Positions 47,607 through 58,099 of a DNA stretch of 64,000 nucleotides are shown here, in pieces. The DNA lies in the NCBI GenBank assembly GCA_045602085.1, contig JAZSAV010000039.1, positions 36,118 to 100,117 on the forward strand. The letters are read 5' to 3'. The DNA is from Prevotella sp. Lineage in GTDB: Bacteria > Bacteroidota > Bacteroidia > Bacteroidales > Bacteroidaceae. Position 1 is the first letter of the stretch, and every line of letters begins with the position of its first letter. A model generated the notes under the pieces. The model had not been told where the DNA came from, did no database searches, and saw only the letters and a program-made list of their open reading frames with translations. Both the position numbers and the translations under genes were made by a program.

Positions 47607-48872
47607 ATGATAGTAAATTTCACAGTCAAGAATTATCGCTCTTTCAAACAGGAACGCACGTTCAGCATGGAGGCGAGTTCCATAAAGGAACATAAAGAGT
47701 CAGTCATCAACAAGGGCAAGTACAATTTACTTCCGTTGGCAGTTTTCTATGGTGCAAACTCTGGTGGCAAGAGTAATTTCATTCAGGCTGTATCTACTAT
47801 GCGAAGCATGGTCAGACGTTCTGTGCGCCTGAATGAGGGCGATGCACTTCCATACGATCCTTTTGCATTGGATGAAAACTCTGACTTGCGACCTACTTTG
47901 TTTGAGATACAGTTTATAAAAGGTGAGGTGCTTTATCGCTACGGTTACGAATACGACAAAACCGACATCATATCTGAGTGGTTGTATGAGAAACGGTTTG
48001 GCGAGAAAGAATACGAACTATTCATGCGCTCGCGAGACATCATTGAAGTGTCAGCGAAAAGATTCCCAGAAGGTCAGGGAAAGGAGGATTTGACCAACTC
48101 GAATCGTCTCTTCCTGTCACTTGTTGCCCAACTGAAGGGTGAGAAGTCCAACTCGATAATGGGGTGGTTCGGTGAATGCAATGTGCTATCTGGAATAGAC
48201 AGCGAAGGCTACGAAGCCTTTACGCTCAGAATGTTTTTGGAACATTTGAACGGAGCAGATCAGGCTCAAGAGTTCTTCAAGACACTGCAACTGGGCTTTA
48301 CTCGTTTCTCCGTTAAGAAAGTAAATATTCCCAAGGAGGCATTGGATAGTGCCCCCAAGTCGATAAGGTCACAATTGGAAAAAGACATAGCCACAGGTAG
48401 TTTCGTCGAACCGATCACTACTCATAATGTCTATGATGAAAATGGACTTGTGATAGGTGAGCGTAATTTTCACAAGAACCAGATGGAGTCAGAGGGAACA
48501 AAGAAAGTGATAGAGATTTCTGGGCCTATTTTTGATACTTTGAACGAGGGCAAGACGCTGATTGTGGATGAACTGGATGCAAAACTGCACCCACTACTGA
48601 CGCGAAACATTGTACTCCTGTTTATGGATCCAGAGAAAAACAGGCATGGAGCACAGCTTATCTTTGCTACACATGACACAAATCTACTCGATTTGGAGAT
48701 TGTTCGTCGTGACCAAATTTGGTTTGCAGAGAAGGACAAAGTGGAGTCTACCGACATCTACTCGCTTGTGGAGTTCAAGGATGAAGACGGGAAGAAGGTT
48801 CGTAATGACCGTGATATCAAGCGTGACTATATCCGGGGCCGCTATGGTGCCATACCTTTCATTGGAAAATAA
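47607..48872 (+). CDS. AAA_21/RloA-like ATPase
   Basis: NYRSFK, YGANSGGKSN, ESEGTKK, VDELDAKLHP, FATHD. Confidence 0.9.
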   Translation: MIVNFTVKNYRSFKQERTFSMEASSIKEHKESVINKGKYNLLPLAVFYGANSGGKSNFIQAVSTMRSMVRRSVRLNEGDALPYDPFALDENSDLRPTLFEIQFIKGEVLYRYGYEYDKTDIISEWLYEKRFGEKEYELFMRSRDIIEVSAKRFPEGQGKEDLTNSNRLFLSLVAQLKGEKSNSIMGWFGECNVLSGIDSEGYEAFTLRMFLEHLNGADQAQEFFKTLQLGFTRFSVKKVNIPKEALDSAPKSIRSQLEKDIATGSFVEPITTHNVYDENGLVIGERNFHKNQMESEGTKKVIEISGPIFDTLNEGKTLIVDELDAKLHPLLTRNIVLLFMDPEKNRHGAQLIFATHDTNLLDLEIVRRDQIWFAEKDKVESTDIYSLVEFKDEDGKKVRNDRDIKRDYIRGRYGAIPFIGK

Positions 48873-48881
48873 AGTGATGCT

Positions 48882-49580
48882 ATGGGATATTCAAGAAAAG
48901 AAGAAATCGCAAAGCTGAGGCGGGAACGCAAAGAAGCCAAGGCTGCCAAGAAACGCAAGGAGAACATTCGCGAAAAACTAGTGCGTTTTCTCATAGTCTG
49001 TGAAGGTACGAAGACAGAGCCGCACTACTTCGAGGCTCTTATCAATAATTGCATCTCAGCCGTTCGCGAGGTGACGATTGAGGGCGAAGGCCGGGCAACA
49101 GTTGCTCTGGTGGATAGAACGCAGGAAATCAAAGTGGAACTGGAGCGGAAGAATGCCATGACTTTTGACCGCGTGTGGGTCGTTTTTGATAAGGATGACT
49201 TTGAAGACTTCAACGAAGCCATCAAAAAAGCCCATAAGTTGGGCTTCCGCAGTGCATGGACGAACGAAGCCTTTGAACTATGGTACTACCTGCACTTTGA
49301 ATACCTTGATACAGGCATCAGCCGCTCTGCCTATATTGAGAAACTCGAAGAAGTTTTTAGAAACAGAATGGGTGACGAAACCTTTAAGTATCGGAAAGGC
49401 AACCCTGATATATACAGCCTACTCCAGCAGTATGGCCGCGAGGATTTGGCTAAGCGCTTTGCCCTGCAGCTACGTGCATTATACACTGGCATCGACTATG
49501 CAACCCATAAGCCTTGCACGATGGTTGACAAGTTAGTGGAAGAACTGGAGCACCCGGAATTATTGTTAATAAAGAAATAA
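48882..49580 (+). CDS. RloB-family protein
   Basis: IVCEGTKTEPHYF, VWVVFDKDD, WTNEAFELWYYLHF. Confidence 0.9.
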   Translation: MGYSRKEEIAKLRRERKEAKAAKKRKENIREKLVRFLIVCEGTKTEPHYFEALINNCISAVREVTIEGEGRATVALVDRTQEIKVELERKNAMTFDRVWVVFDKDDFEDFNEAIKKAHKLGFRSAWTNEAFELWYYLHFEYLDTGISRSAYIEKLEEVFRNRMGDETFKYRKGNPDIYSLLQQYGREDLAKRFALQLRALYTGIDYATHKPCTMVDKLVEELEHPELLLIKK

Positions 49581-49595
49581 AGGAGATTAGAAGAT

Positions 49596-51416
49596 ATGTG
49601 GGCAGACAATGAGACAAAAGATGACCTGCTAGGTTATCAGGTACATGCAGATTTGCTACGTGACGTAGTTCTTGACCCTAAAATGCTTCCAATTTCTATT
49701 GGTGTGTTTGGCGATTGGGGGTCTGGAAAGAGTTCCCTTATGCTTTTAATGCAGGAATCCATTGAGAAATGGAGAACTGAAACTGAGGAGGCAAACAAGG
49801 TAGGGGGTGCAGCGAAGAAGAATGCCAGAGTGCTTCAAATCATGTTCAACAGCTGGCAGTTTGAGGATTATGAAGATACTAAACTCACGTTGATAGAAAC
49901 CATACTGAGTGACGTAATAAAAGATATTGAAGACCACAGAGATGTTTTTGAAAAAGCAGATGCATGCCTCTCAAAAATCAAATACCTCAAGTTGGGCGTA
50001 GTTGTTCTCAAAAATTTAGCTCGGAAGATTATTCCCAAAGAGATACAAGAGCTGCTGCCAAATAAAGAGGAGTGGAAAGAAATAAGCAAGGAAGACCAAG
50101 ACCTGCTACTGGATGAGGTAAAGGAGGCTAACTCATCGCTCTTCATTAAGCGATTCAGAGAAGATTTTACCCAAATTATTGCAGACGGCGACTACCGTTC
50201 AGTTGTTGTGTATGTTGACGACCTGGACAGATGTTCGCCAAAGCGTATTATTCAATGTCTTGAGGCTGTAAAATTGTTTGTGAATGTTGATAAGACGGCA
50301 TTTGTTATAGGTGCAGACCAAAGAATTATAGAACATGCTATCCACGAGCAATACAAGACACCACTACAACAAACAACAATATCAAGCCCGTATTCTGATT
50401 ATCTGGAGAAACTGATTCAACTACCCTATAAGCTTCCCAAACTGTCATATTCAGAACAGGAAACCTACGTAACGCTGCTACTTTGCAGTAAGATGGAGAA
50501 CGAAAACTTGTTCCCAACTATACACAAGAAGTACCTGAAGTTCCGAGAGAAAGACAAACACAGCAAGTATGGTTTGGACAAGATTGAAAAAGATAACCCC
50601 GAAGTTAATTTTAGTACGACCAGTGGCTATCTCTCTATTATTCCCATTATGGCCAGTTTCCTGAACGGCAATCCACGCCAACTTAAACGATTTCTCAACA
50701 CATTTGATATGAGAAGAAGAATGGCTGGTGTTGCAGGATTCAGGGAGATAGCCCCTGAAATGTTGGTCAAGCTCATGGTATTGGAGTATAATAGCCAACT
50801 AAGGCAATACATTGATGATCTGTATTCCAAGCAGAAGGACACAGGATTCATAAAGGGTATGAAGAAAGTGGAGGAACAAGCCGAGGCTGGCGAAGTGAAA
50901 GAAAGCGGATGGAAAGATTTGTGGAACACGCCGGAAGGAAAGCGATGGCTATCCACAAAACCATCATTAGCCCAGAAGAATCTCAGAAACTATTTCTGGA
51001 TTTCACGAGAAGCATTACAGGTGGCAACACCAATTGAAAGCAAAGTATCAGCTCTGGTACAGGGCGTTTATGACAGGCTCAAAATGAACCAAACCGATAA
51101 AGCATTGAGCGAGAAGATTTGGAACGAGACGAATAGGTTTACCAAAGATGAGTTTTGTATGTTGGTGATGTTGTTAAACCAAGAATTGATGGCAAACCCC
51201 GAGAGTGAAGTCGTGCGAAGGTTTGTTGATGTAGATAAAGACAATAAGATATTTCAAACAGTACTAGATGTCAAAGACCTTTTTGAGGGAGTTGATACAG
51301 GAAAACTAGGACCAGAGTACAGCGATTTCTTGAAGAGAAAGAGCAATGACGCTGCTTGTAAAGCATATATTGATGGTCTTAATTTGAGTCAGCCACTAAA
51401 AAATGCAATGAAGTAA
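49596..51416 (+). CDS. qatA: KAP-family P-loop NTPase, QatA-like
   Basis: MWADNET..DLL, GDWGSGKSS, FNSWQFEDY, VDDLDRC, YLEKLIQ, GNPRQLKRFLN. Confidence 0.85.
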   Translation: MWADNETKDDLLGYQVHADLLRDVVLDPKMLPISIGVFGDWGSGKSSLMLLMQESIEKWRTETEEANKVGGAAKKNARVLQIMFNSWQFEDYEDTKLTLIETILSDVIKDIEDHRDVFEKADACLSKIKYLKLGVVVLKNLARKIIPKEIQELLPNKEEWKEISKEDQDLLLDEVKEANSSLFIKRFREDFTQIIADGDYRSVVVYVDDLDRCSPKRIIQCLEAVKLFVNVDKTAFVIGADQRIIEHAIHEQYKTPLQQTTISSPYSDYLEKLIQLPYKLPKLSYSEQETYVTLLLCSKMENENLFPTIHKKYLKFREKDKHSKYGLDKIEKDNPEVNFSTTSGYLSIIPIMASFLNGNPRQLKRFLNTFDMRRRMAGVAGFREIAPEMLVKLMVLEYNSQLRQYIDDLYSKQKDTGFIKGMKKVEEQAEAGEVKESGWKDLWNTPEGKRWLSTKPSLAQKNLRNYFWISREALQVATPIESKVSALVQGVYDRLKMNQTDKALSEKIWNETNRFTKDEFCMLVMLLNQELMANPESEVVRRFVDVDKDNKIFQTVLDVKDLFEGVDTGKLGPEYSDFLKRKSNDAACKAYIDGLNLSQPLKNAMK

Positions 51417-52228
51417 TGGGAACATCACAGGGATTGACTTTGAAAAAAACTCCGCAGTGGTCTTCTGCTAAAAGAGCGATGACGGGGTTGTTGAATGACT
51501 TGGAGAATGATGCCAAGCTGGAGAACTTTATGCTGAAGTTCTATCAGGCACTTGGTAGTGATGGGATATACATTGGAACCACAACATCAGGCAGCAGTAG
51601 CGGAGGAACCAGTACACGAGGCAGTGGCGGAGGTGGAAGCTCATCCCGCGATAGCCGTGGGGGTGGGTCAAAAGGACGTCGTTCATTTGGAAGAGCTGGA
51701 GCTTCTGCAGCAACGAATTTGCTGGGCTTCTTTTCTGACGTTCGAGACAATGGCCTGTCGCAAGCCATAGAACTTGCCAACACGGTTGGAGTTGAGGTTC
51801 CGCAATCACCAAGAGAACTGATCAATTTTTTGTGTGGATTGTCGTCGGTTGGTACGGATGCTGACTTTGATTCTGAAGCTGCCAATGCTGCTCAACGAAA
51901 ACTGCTATCGGAGATTTTTAAGTCGTGTGAAAACTTGACAGATGCAGAGGAAATCATAAAACAAGCAAATAAGGATACCATTGATGCTTGGATTATTGAT
52001 TTTGAGGTCAATTACATTATCGAGTTTCAAGGTTCTTTGTTTCAGAGCCACATCTTTGATAAAGCCCAAGAGCCAGACAAAGTGGCCGGACAGATAAGAA
52101 GGTGGCTTCATAGTAAACTTGACAAACGATTGTCTGACGAAATGAAACACATTAACCTTTTTTCGGAAGAGGGGAAACGATATGTTGAATCACTCACTGC
52201 TAAAATATTAGATATATGGAAGCAGTAA
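51416..52228 (+). CDS. qatB: QatB-like protein with Gly/Ser-rich linker
   Basis: MGTSQG start, P.WS.AKR; position between QatA-like and QatC-like genes. Confidence 0.75.
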   Translation: MGTSQGLTLKKTPQWSSAKRAMTGLLNDLENDAKLENFMLKFYQALGSDGIYIGTTTSGSSSGGTSTRGSGGGGSSSRDSRGGGSKGRRSFGRAGASAATNLLGFFSDVRDNGLSQAIELANTVGVEVPQSPRELINFLCGLSSVGTDADFDSEAANAAQRKLLSEIFKSCENLTDAEEIIKQANKDTIDAWIIDFEVNYIIEFQGSLFQSHIFDKAQEPDKVAGQIRRWLHSKLDKRLSDEMKHINLFSEEGKRYVESLTAKILDIWKQ

Positions 52229-53625
52229 ACATCACTATTAAATACGAGCCTGCCGCAACGACAAGAGAGTTTGGACATTATATTCTTTCGTTCACAGGAC
52301 TTGAAGGAACACAATACTCTGTAAAACTGAAATTCGGTTTTGATGAGCTAAGGAGTATAGCACAGGATACGAGTTCCATTGCGTTTGATTTCCTAGTTTT
52401 CTCACTATCTGTCTATAATGCAGACCGTGTTATAAGCAGGGCGCTATATTCGGAAGAAGGATGGTGCAGAAGGATGAGATTGTCGGTGCCGGTGCTACAT
52501 CTTTCTGAAATGAATAATTCAAAAGAGACGCTGACTTCGGCTTTGAATTTCCTGACAGGAGATGATTGGGAGTTGAACTTCAAGCAGGCTGAACCCTATT
52601 TGATTGATCAAGAACTGCTTTTAGTTGACCGTTCGGTATATGGACGAGTCTCACTATTCTCAGGAGGGCTAGATTCATTGATTGGTTTTGTGGATGGCTG
52701 TGCTTTGTTAGAACCAGATAAAAAGATACTTCTGGTGTCACACAAAGAACTTGGCAAGGAGTGGTCAGACCAAGTAAGAATATTGGATGACTGCAAGAAA
52801 CACCAGATCTATACGGGTAAGTATGAGCAACTATTAGTCAATGCTGGTATTAACAACCAAGGATGGATTAGCCAAAGGGCAGTATGCGAAGGAACTTTTA
52901 GGGCACGCTCCATCTTATTCATTGGGGCTGGAATATATTGTGCTCATGCCATTAATCCGCAGATGCCGCTGATTATCCCTGAGAACGGGACAATCTCACT
53001 CAATATCCCTCTTGACCAAGGACGACGAAGTGCTTGCAGTACGAGAACAACACATCCTGTGTTTTTGAAGAGACTACAAGAGGCACTTGCTCTTATGGGT
53101 ATTAACAACAAGTTGGAGAATCCTTATCAGTTGAAGTCTAAAGCAGATATGATGATGGATTGTTGTGAAGACTCAGCAAAGAAGGCTGCTTTGGCGGTGC
53201 TGTATAAAGATTCATGTTCTTGTGCTAAAAGGTCACATAAAAAATCGTGGAAGCGAAGGAGGGATAAGAATGGTAAACCTATTCTTCATTGTGGTTTCTG
53301 CCTGCCTTGTATCTACAGACGTGTTGCTCTGGATGCTGTGGGCTGGGGAAAGAAGGAACCAGTTGGTGTAAATGTATTTAATGTTAATGAAATCGGGCTT
53401 TCAAATCCAGAAATTAGAAAAAGCAGAGACTTTAAAGCCTTGCTCTATTTCTTGAGGAAACGATATAACAGGGATACCATAGAGGGTGAACTCATTGCTA
53501 ATGGAGTGTATGAGAAACAGGAATTAGAAGAATATACCACATTCTTATTGAATTCTTACAACCAAGTAAAGGCATGGGTCGGTAAATATGGCAATGCCCA
53601 AATAAAACGTCTTGCTGGCATATGA
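52216..53625 (+). CDS. qatC: QueC-like protein, QatC
   Basis: SLFSGGLDS, RARSILF, IPENG.ISLN, RTTHP, HCGFCLPCIYRR. Confidence 0.88.
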   Translation: MEAVNITIKYEPAATTREFGHYILSFTGLEGTQYSVKLKFGFDELRSIAQDTSSIAFDFLVFSLSVYNADRVISRALYSEEGWCRRMRLSVPVLHLSEMNNSKETLTSALNFLTGDDWELNFKQAEPYLIDQELLLVDRSVYGRVSLFSGGLDSLIGFVDGCALLEPDKKILLVSHKELGKEWSDQVRILDDCKKHQIYTGKYEQLLVNAGINNQGWISQRAVCEGTFRARSILFIGAGIYCAHAINPQMPLIIPENGTISLNIPLDQGRRSACSTRTTHPVFLKRLQEALALMGINNKLENPYQLKSKADMMMDCCEDSAKKAALAVLYKDSCSCAKRSHKKSWKRRRDKNGKPILHCGFCLPCIYRRVALDAVGWGKKEPVGVNVFNVNEIGLSNPEIRKSRDFKALLYFLRKRYNRDTIEGELIANGVYEKQELEEYTTFLLNSYNQVKAWVGKYGNAQIKRLAGI

Positions 53626-54311
53626 TTATTGACACGCATTGTCATTTTGATATGATGTCTCAACCAGAAGCCTACATTAGGCAGAAGGAACAGGCAGGTG
53701 ACATCGTGATTGGTATGACCAACCTGCCATCGCATTTTGAAATGGGGCTTCCACACGTGAAAAGATATAAACATATCCGATTAGCTTTGGGATTGCACCC
53801 ATTGTTGGCATCAGAAAATAAAAATGAGTTGCCATTGTTTAATTGCCTTCTTGACCAAACATCCTATATAGGAGAAATAGGGCTGGATTTTTCAAAAGAG
53901 GGAATTACGACAAAGAATGATCAAGTTTTCATATTGAGAAAGTTACTGGAAAAGTTAAAAGGCAAGAAGAAAATAGTCAGTGTACACTCACGTAAGGCAG
54001 AGAGGGAAATGGTGGATTTACTACGCGAATATGAAATTGAAAATGTCATTTTCCATTGGTATAGCGGTCCTATTGATTTAATCACACCCATATTGGACAT
54101 GGGCTTCTATTTTTCCGTCAATGAGGCCATGTGTATATCGAAGAAAGGGAAAGCAATTATTGAGAGGATACCACTTGACCGAATACTCACAGAAACAGAT
54201 GCTCCGTATAATGAAAGGACAGATATTCAGAATGTTCTACATTATTTGAAGATGGAAAGCACTGATGTTCAACTAAATTTTATGAGATTATTAAAACGAA
54301 TTAAGGCATAG
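53622..54311 (+). CDS. qatD: TatD-family nuclease, QatD
   Basis: DTHCH, LGLHP, IGEIGLD, SVHSR, FHWYSG, LTETDAP. Confidence 0.9.
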   Translation: MIIDTHCHFDMMSQPEAYIRQKEQAGDIVIGMTNLPSHFEMGLPHVKRYKHIRLALGLHPLLASENKNELPLFNCLLDQTSYIGEIGLDFSKEGITTKNDQVFILRKLLEKLKGKKKIVSVHSRKAEREMVDLLREYEIENVIFHWYSGPIDLITPILDMGFYFSVNEAMCISKKGKAIIERIPLDRILTETDAPYNERTDIQNVLHYLKMESTDVQLNFMRLLKRIKA

Positions 54312-54374
54312 TATGAATCGAGTGAGTTTGAACAATCATATCGTTAACCCGAAGTCGGTAATAGACATAAAGAT

Positions 54375-56573
54375 ATGGGATTGATTGATCCGACATACGG
54401 CATTATTCACTATTTTGTAATGCTGGGTAGGAGAACGTATCCTAATCCCATAGCTACACTTCCGCCCTTATGTATGAGGCATCGCTTACTTCAATATTTG
54501 ACGAGCCTGCCTCATAACGTGTATCATTATCTGCAAGGTTGTGACTATTTGCAGAGGGTGATGTTATCTGGTGCAAAAAGCGGATTAGAAGTAGATTTCA
54601 TATTTAATGACTCTATAGAAGAACCATCATTGAGCATGGTGCTTTCTAATGGGTTGAATGTGTTCCTAATCTGCACCAATAACGATGACGAATTGATTGA
54701 GATGAACATCAGCCTGTCGAGGGTGTGTAATAAGAATTGTCTTTTCTGGATAGACGAAGAAAAGAAGGAGAAGTTTATCATGCCGTCGGTTGTGACAACA
54801 GCTGAGCAATTTTGGGATTTCTTATTTGAGTATTCACAACCGCTAATGAAAGATATTGAAGCCCCGCTTTGCGTGCCACTTTGTGGTGGTAGCGTTGTTT
54901 TTCCATATTTTAAGCCTGCTAATATCACTTTCTTTACTTTGACATCTGCGTTGGGCAACTGGGGTATAGGTTTTTATCTCAATAACCATAAGGAAATAGA
55001 AATCCTGAAAGAAAAGGCGCAAGAGGTTCTGGCAGACATGTATGGGTGGACAAGACAGGAAAAATCCATTGACATATTAAGCCAACTTTATGGATTATGT
55101 CAAGATGCTTTCAGGACTGCTTCTGGCAAAACTACAGGGTTCCCGGATCAGAACTATCCTCCAATTGTAATTGCAGCACCATACACTACGAAGGATGTTA
55201 GGGATTTGTTCAAAATGATGGCCAAAAGCGAGAAACCACTTCAGTTAATAGACAAAGTGGTAGAAATGGAACAGACACCCAACTACTGCTATGATGTCAA
55301 TGCAGAAAATGTAGGGAATGATTTTCGAAAGACAAACACCTTTATCAGACTCTTCCACGCTAGTAGGCTGGACTTTTTAGACATTGTGGCCAATCTGCAT
55401 TGCTCATTCCGTTTTTCCCCTTATTTACGGTTACCTCTGGTCTGTAAAAGCCTCAATACAGAATTGTCATTCGTAAGTGTAAAGAACAATGTGCAGTTGG
55501 CCTATTCTAAAGACCGTATGGCTTACGATAAAGCCATCCACAAAGTTGGAGAGACGATGGCGCAAAAACTCTTGGCACCCAAAACGGCAAAGATGCTGGA
55601 AAATATGCCTGCACAGATAGTAGCCATGACAGACCTCCCGATAGAGTGGATGGAAGTGAATGGAATACCACTTGGCTTTACGCATGATGTTTGCCGTATG
55701 CCCGAAACTCCATCTTCTGGAATGTTGACTCACTACGGCATAGCAAGGTTTTCAAGTTTTTATAAGATACCAGGAGATATTTTGACTAAAACTCTTGTGG
55801 TATATGGTTGTAGGGAAGAGGCGTTTAGGGAATGGCAAGACAAAGCGGATGTCTGCGCTCAGGCATTAGGGGCAAAGACTGTTGTTTGTCAAAGCCTAGA
55901 TGAGTTTGAAAAGGCTGTTAAACAGCATAAGCCGGACTTTTTGATTATTGATAGTCATGGCGGAACTGACCTATCAAATCATCAGAGTTATATTTACATG
56001 GGCGACGAAAAGGTATATCCTAAAGATATTTCGACACGAGGAATATCCGCCAGATTAGTGTTTATCTCCGCATGCAATACAGCCCCATGCTATAATGATG
56101 TTAATACTGTTGCCAATGCACTTCTGGAAGTGGGCGCATCTGCCGTGACATCTTCATATTTGCCATTGGATGTTGTGGAATCATCTACGCTGTATATACG
56201 TATTCTTAATCAACTGAACCAAGCTGCTCATCATGATATACATCGAAACTGGCTAGCCTTTATTTCACATATGCTAAGGACGTCGTTTATCATGACACCA
56301 CTTGTGGAAAATGCCCAAAAGGAGAATCCAGAACCAATGGATCCGATGCAGACAGGTAAGGTAAACACTTTATCGATGTATTTCGAGAAGAGGGCTGAGC
56401 TGTACAGAAAACTCAAGGCTGGTGAGCAGGTGGAAGGGTTGAAATATGATTTCTCGAAGGCTGTTCCTCATTATCTGATGTATACTACTACAGGTAGGGC
56501 TGACCTCATTATGTTTGAATCATCATTTCAGAAGAGAAAAAAAGAGTATGAAAAAATGATGCAAGGATTATGA
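54375..56573 (+). CDS. Protein with C-terminal CHAT (caspase-like) protease domain and unrecognised N-terminus
   Basis: LIIDSHGG (His) and LVFISACNT (Cys), then ALLEVGASAV. Confidence 0.7.
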   Translation: MGLIDPTYGIIHYFVMLGRRTYPNPIATLPPLCMRHRLLQYLTSLPHNVYHYLQGCDYLQRVMLSGAKSGLEVDFIFNDSIEEPSLSMVLSNGLNVFLICTNNDDELIEMNISLSRVCNKNCLFWIDEEKKEKFIMPSVVTTAEQFWDFLFEYSQPLMKDIEAPLCVPLCGGSVVFPYFKPANITFFTLTSALGNWGIGFYLNNHKEIEILKEKAQEVLADMYGWTRQEKSIDILSQLYGLCQDAFRTASGKTTGFPDQNYPPIVIAAPYTTKDVRDLFKMMAKSEKPLQLIDKVVEMEQTPNYCYDVNAENVGNDFRKTNTFIRLFHASRLDFLDIVANLHCSFRFSPYLRLPLVCKSLNTELSFVSVKNNVQLAYSKDRMAYDKAIHKVGETMAQKLLAPKTAKMLENMPAQIVAMTDLPIEWMEVNGIPLGFTHDVCRMPETPSSGMLTHYGIARFSSFYKIPGDILTKTLVVYGCREEAFREWQDKADVCAQALGAKTVVCQSLDEFEKAVKQHKPDFLIIDSHGGTDLSNHQSYIYMGDEKVYPKDISTRGISARLVFISACNTAPCYNDVNTVANALLEVGASAVTSSYLPLDVVESSTLYIRILNQLNQAAHHDIHRNWLAFISHMLRTSFIMTPLVENAQKENPEPMDPMQTGKVNTLSMYFEKRAELYRKLKAGEQVEGLKYDFSKAVPHYLMYTTTGRADLIMFESSFQKRKKEYEKMMQGL

Positions 56574-56798
56574 CGCAAGATCAAAGGTGGCAAATTAGGT
56601 TTGATGAGGTGATAAACTTCATGGAGAAAGAGCATAGAAAGCCTTCTAAGTACTATCCTAAGAGAAGTTGATGTTTCACTTCATCCATCATAATAAGAAA
56701 CTGTATAATGGCGGATTTTTGAAGGCAGAGAGAATAGAATCTTTTGAGCGGTTGCTAGCGTTGTGTGAATAATACAGGCGAAAAAACATTATGTGTAG
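56570..56798 (+). pseudogene. Eroded small helicase-associated (HA)-like gene
   Basis: MTQDQRWQIRFDEVINFMEKEHRKPSKY, shifts frame to EKLMFHF...KAERIESFERLLALCE*YRRKN. Confidence 0.5.
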
Positions 56799-56812
56799 GA
56801 AAAGATAAGGTA

Positions 56813-58099
56813 ATGGGCAATGGAGTAACTATAATAGTTGGTGCAGGTGCTGTTCTGGACTTTGACCATAAGGGTATATTTCCATCTGTGAAGAATATTA
56901 CAGATGAGGTGCTTAAACTGAACATCCAGAAAGTGGATGGAGGTGAAAGACCGCTTCTGCGTGAAATTAATGATTTTATTGTTGGGAAACTGAATCAAGT
57001 AGGCCGTCCAGAGATAAATCGCTATGTTCCGCCACAATTAAATTTTGAGAACTTGTTGCATGTCATCGAAATGTGCATTGCTTATAGCGGCGGCTGGCAT
57101 AAGGAATATGTGTCTTGGATCCCATTTCCAGAGTTCGGAACCTTGATTCAACCAGTCAAGTTCTTGAAAGATATTCATACGTATGATTATATCAGGGCTG
57201 CATATGGGCTGCAAAAGACAGTAATGGACATCGTGAATCAATACGATGCTTCTTTTTGTGAGGATAAGTCAGCGGAACAATGGTATCGAGATTTCTGGAA
57301 ATCCTTGTCTGGGAAATCGAATATCTTCAATCTGAATTATGACAATACGATAGAGAATAGCCTTGGTGAATATGAGGATGGATTTCCTCCAATCAAAGAT
57401 GGAGAGGATTATAGTCGCTTTTCAACGAGACGATATTATGAAAACTCAAGAGGTGTTTCAACTATAGCACATTTGCATGGTCAGATATTGTTCAGCGAAG
57501 CAAGGGAATATCCGTTTGATTATAGTATGCGGGACATGGTAAAGAACAGAGATTATAAAACCGCGTGTAAAAATAGGGGTGGTGGGCAGTTCCCCCCCCC
57601 ATCTAATCAGGCGAAGGAAGAGTATTTACAACCTGAAATCGTGTCTGGTTTAAGGAAGACCGAAAAGATGACGTTCGCTCCCAATAATGTCTATCTGTCG
57701 GATTTGGCGAGAAAGGTGATTGAGAACAATCGATTGATGATTATTGGGTATTCATTTGGGGACTTGTATCTGAATGAGATTCTTGGATTGGGTATAGCCG
57801 CCCATGGAGATGACTTCAAAGTGGTGATTATCGACAAGTTTCCTGCCTATATTAATACATATTCATCTTTGTTCCAGCACGTGACTCATAGATGTAATCC
57901 TCAAGAATACACTTTTGTATCAAGGCTCGCTAAGGATAGGCTGTTTGTTGAAGTAGGACAGGAGGATTTTCCGCTTATTGTTGGAAATTATGGTGTTCCA
58001 GTGGTTTCAAGGAAAGGTAATTTGATGATGTGTATAAACGGATTCAAGGATGCGGTAGAGAACGATAAAGAAACCATTCTTAAGTTTCTTGGAGTGTAA
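56813..58099 (+). CDS. SIR2-like (SIR2_2) domain protein
   Basis: IIVGAGA, NLNYDNTIE, HLHG, IIGYSFGD. Likely start 56813. Confidence 0.8.
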   Translation: MGNGVTIIVGAGAVLDFDHKGIFPSVKNITDEVLKLNIQKVDGGERPLLREINDFIVGKLNQVGRPEINRYVPPQLNFENLLHVIEMCIAYSGGWHKEYVSWIPFPEFGTLIQPVKFLKDIHTYDYIRAAYGLQKTVMDIVNQYDASFCEDKSAEQWYRDFWKSLSGKSNIFNLNYDNTIENSLGEYEDGFPPIKDGEDYSRFSTRRYYENSRGVSTIAHLHGQILFSEAREYPFDYSMRDMVKNRDYKTACKNRGGGQFPPPSNQAKEEYLQPEIVSGLRKTEKMTFAPNNVYLSDLARKVIENNRLMIIGYSFGDLYLNEILGLGIAAHGDDFKVVIIDKFPAYINTYSSLFQHVTHRCNPQEYTFVSRLAKDRLFVEVGQEDFPLIVGNYGVPVVSRKGNLMMCINGFKDAVENDKETILKFLGV

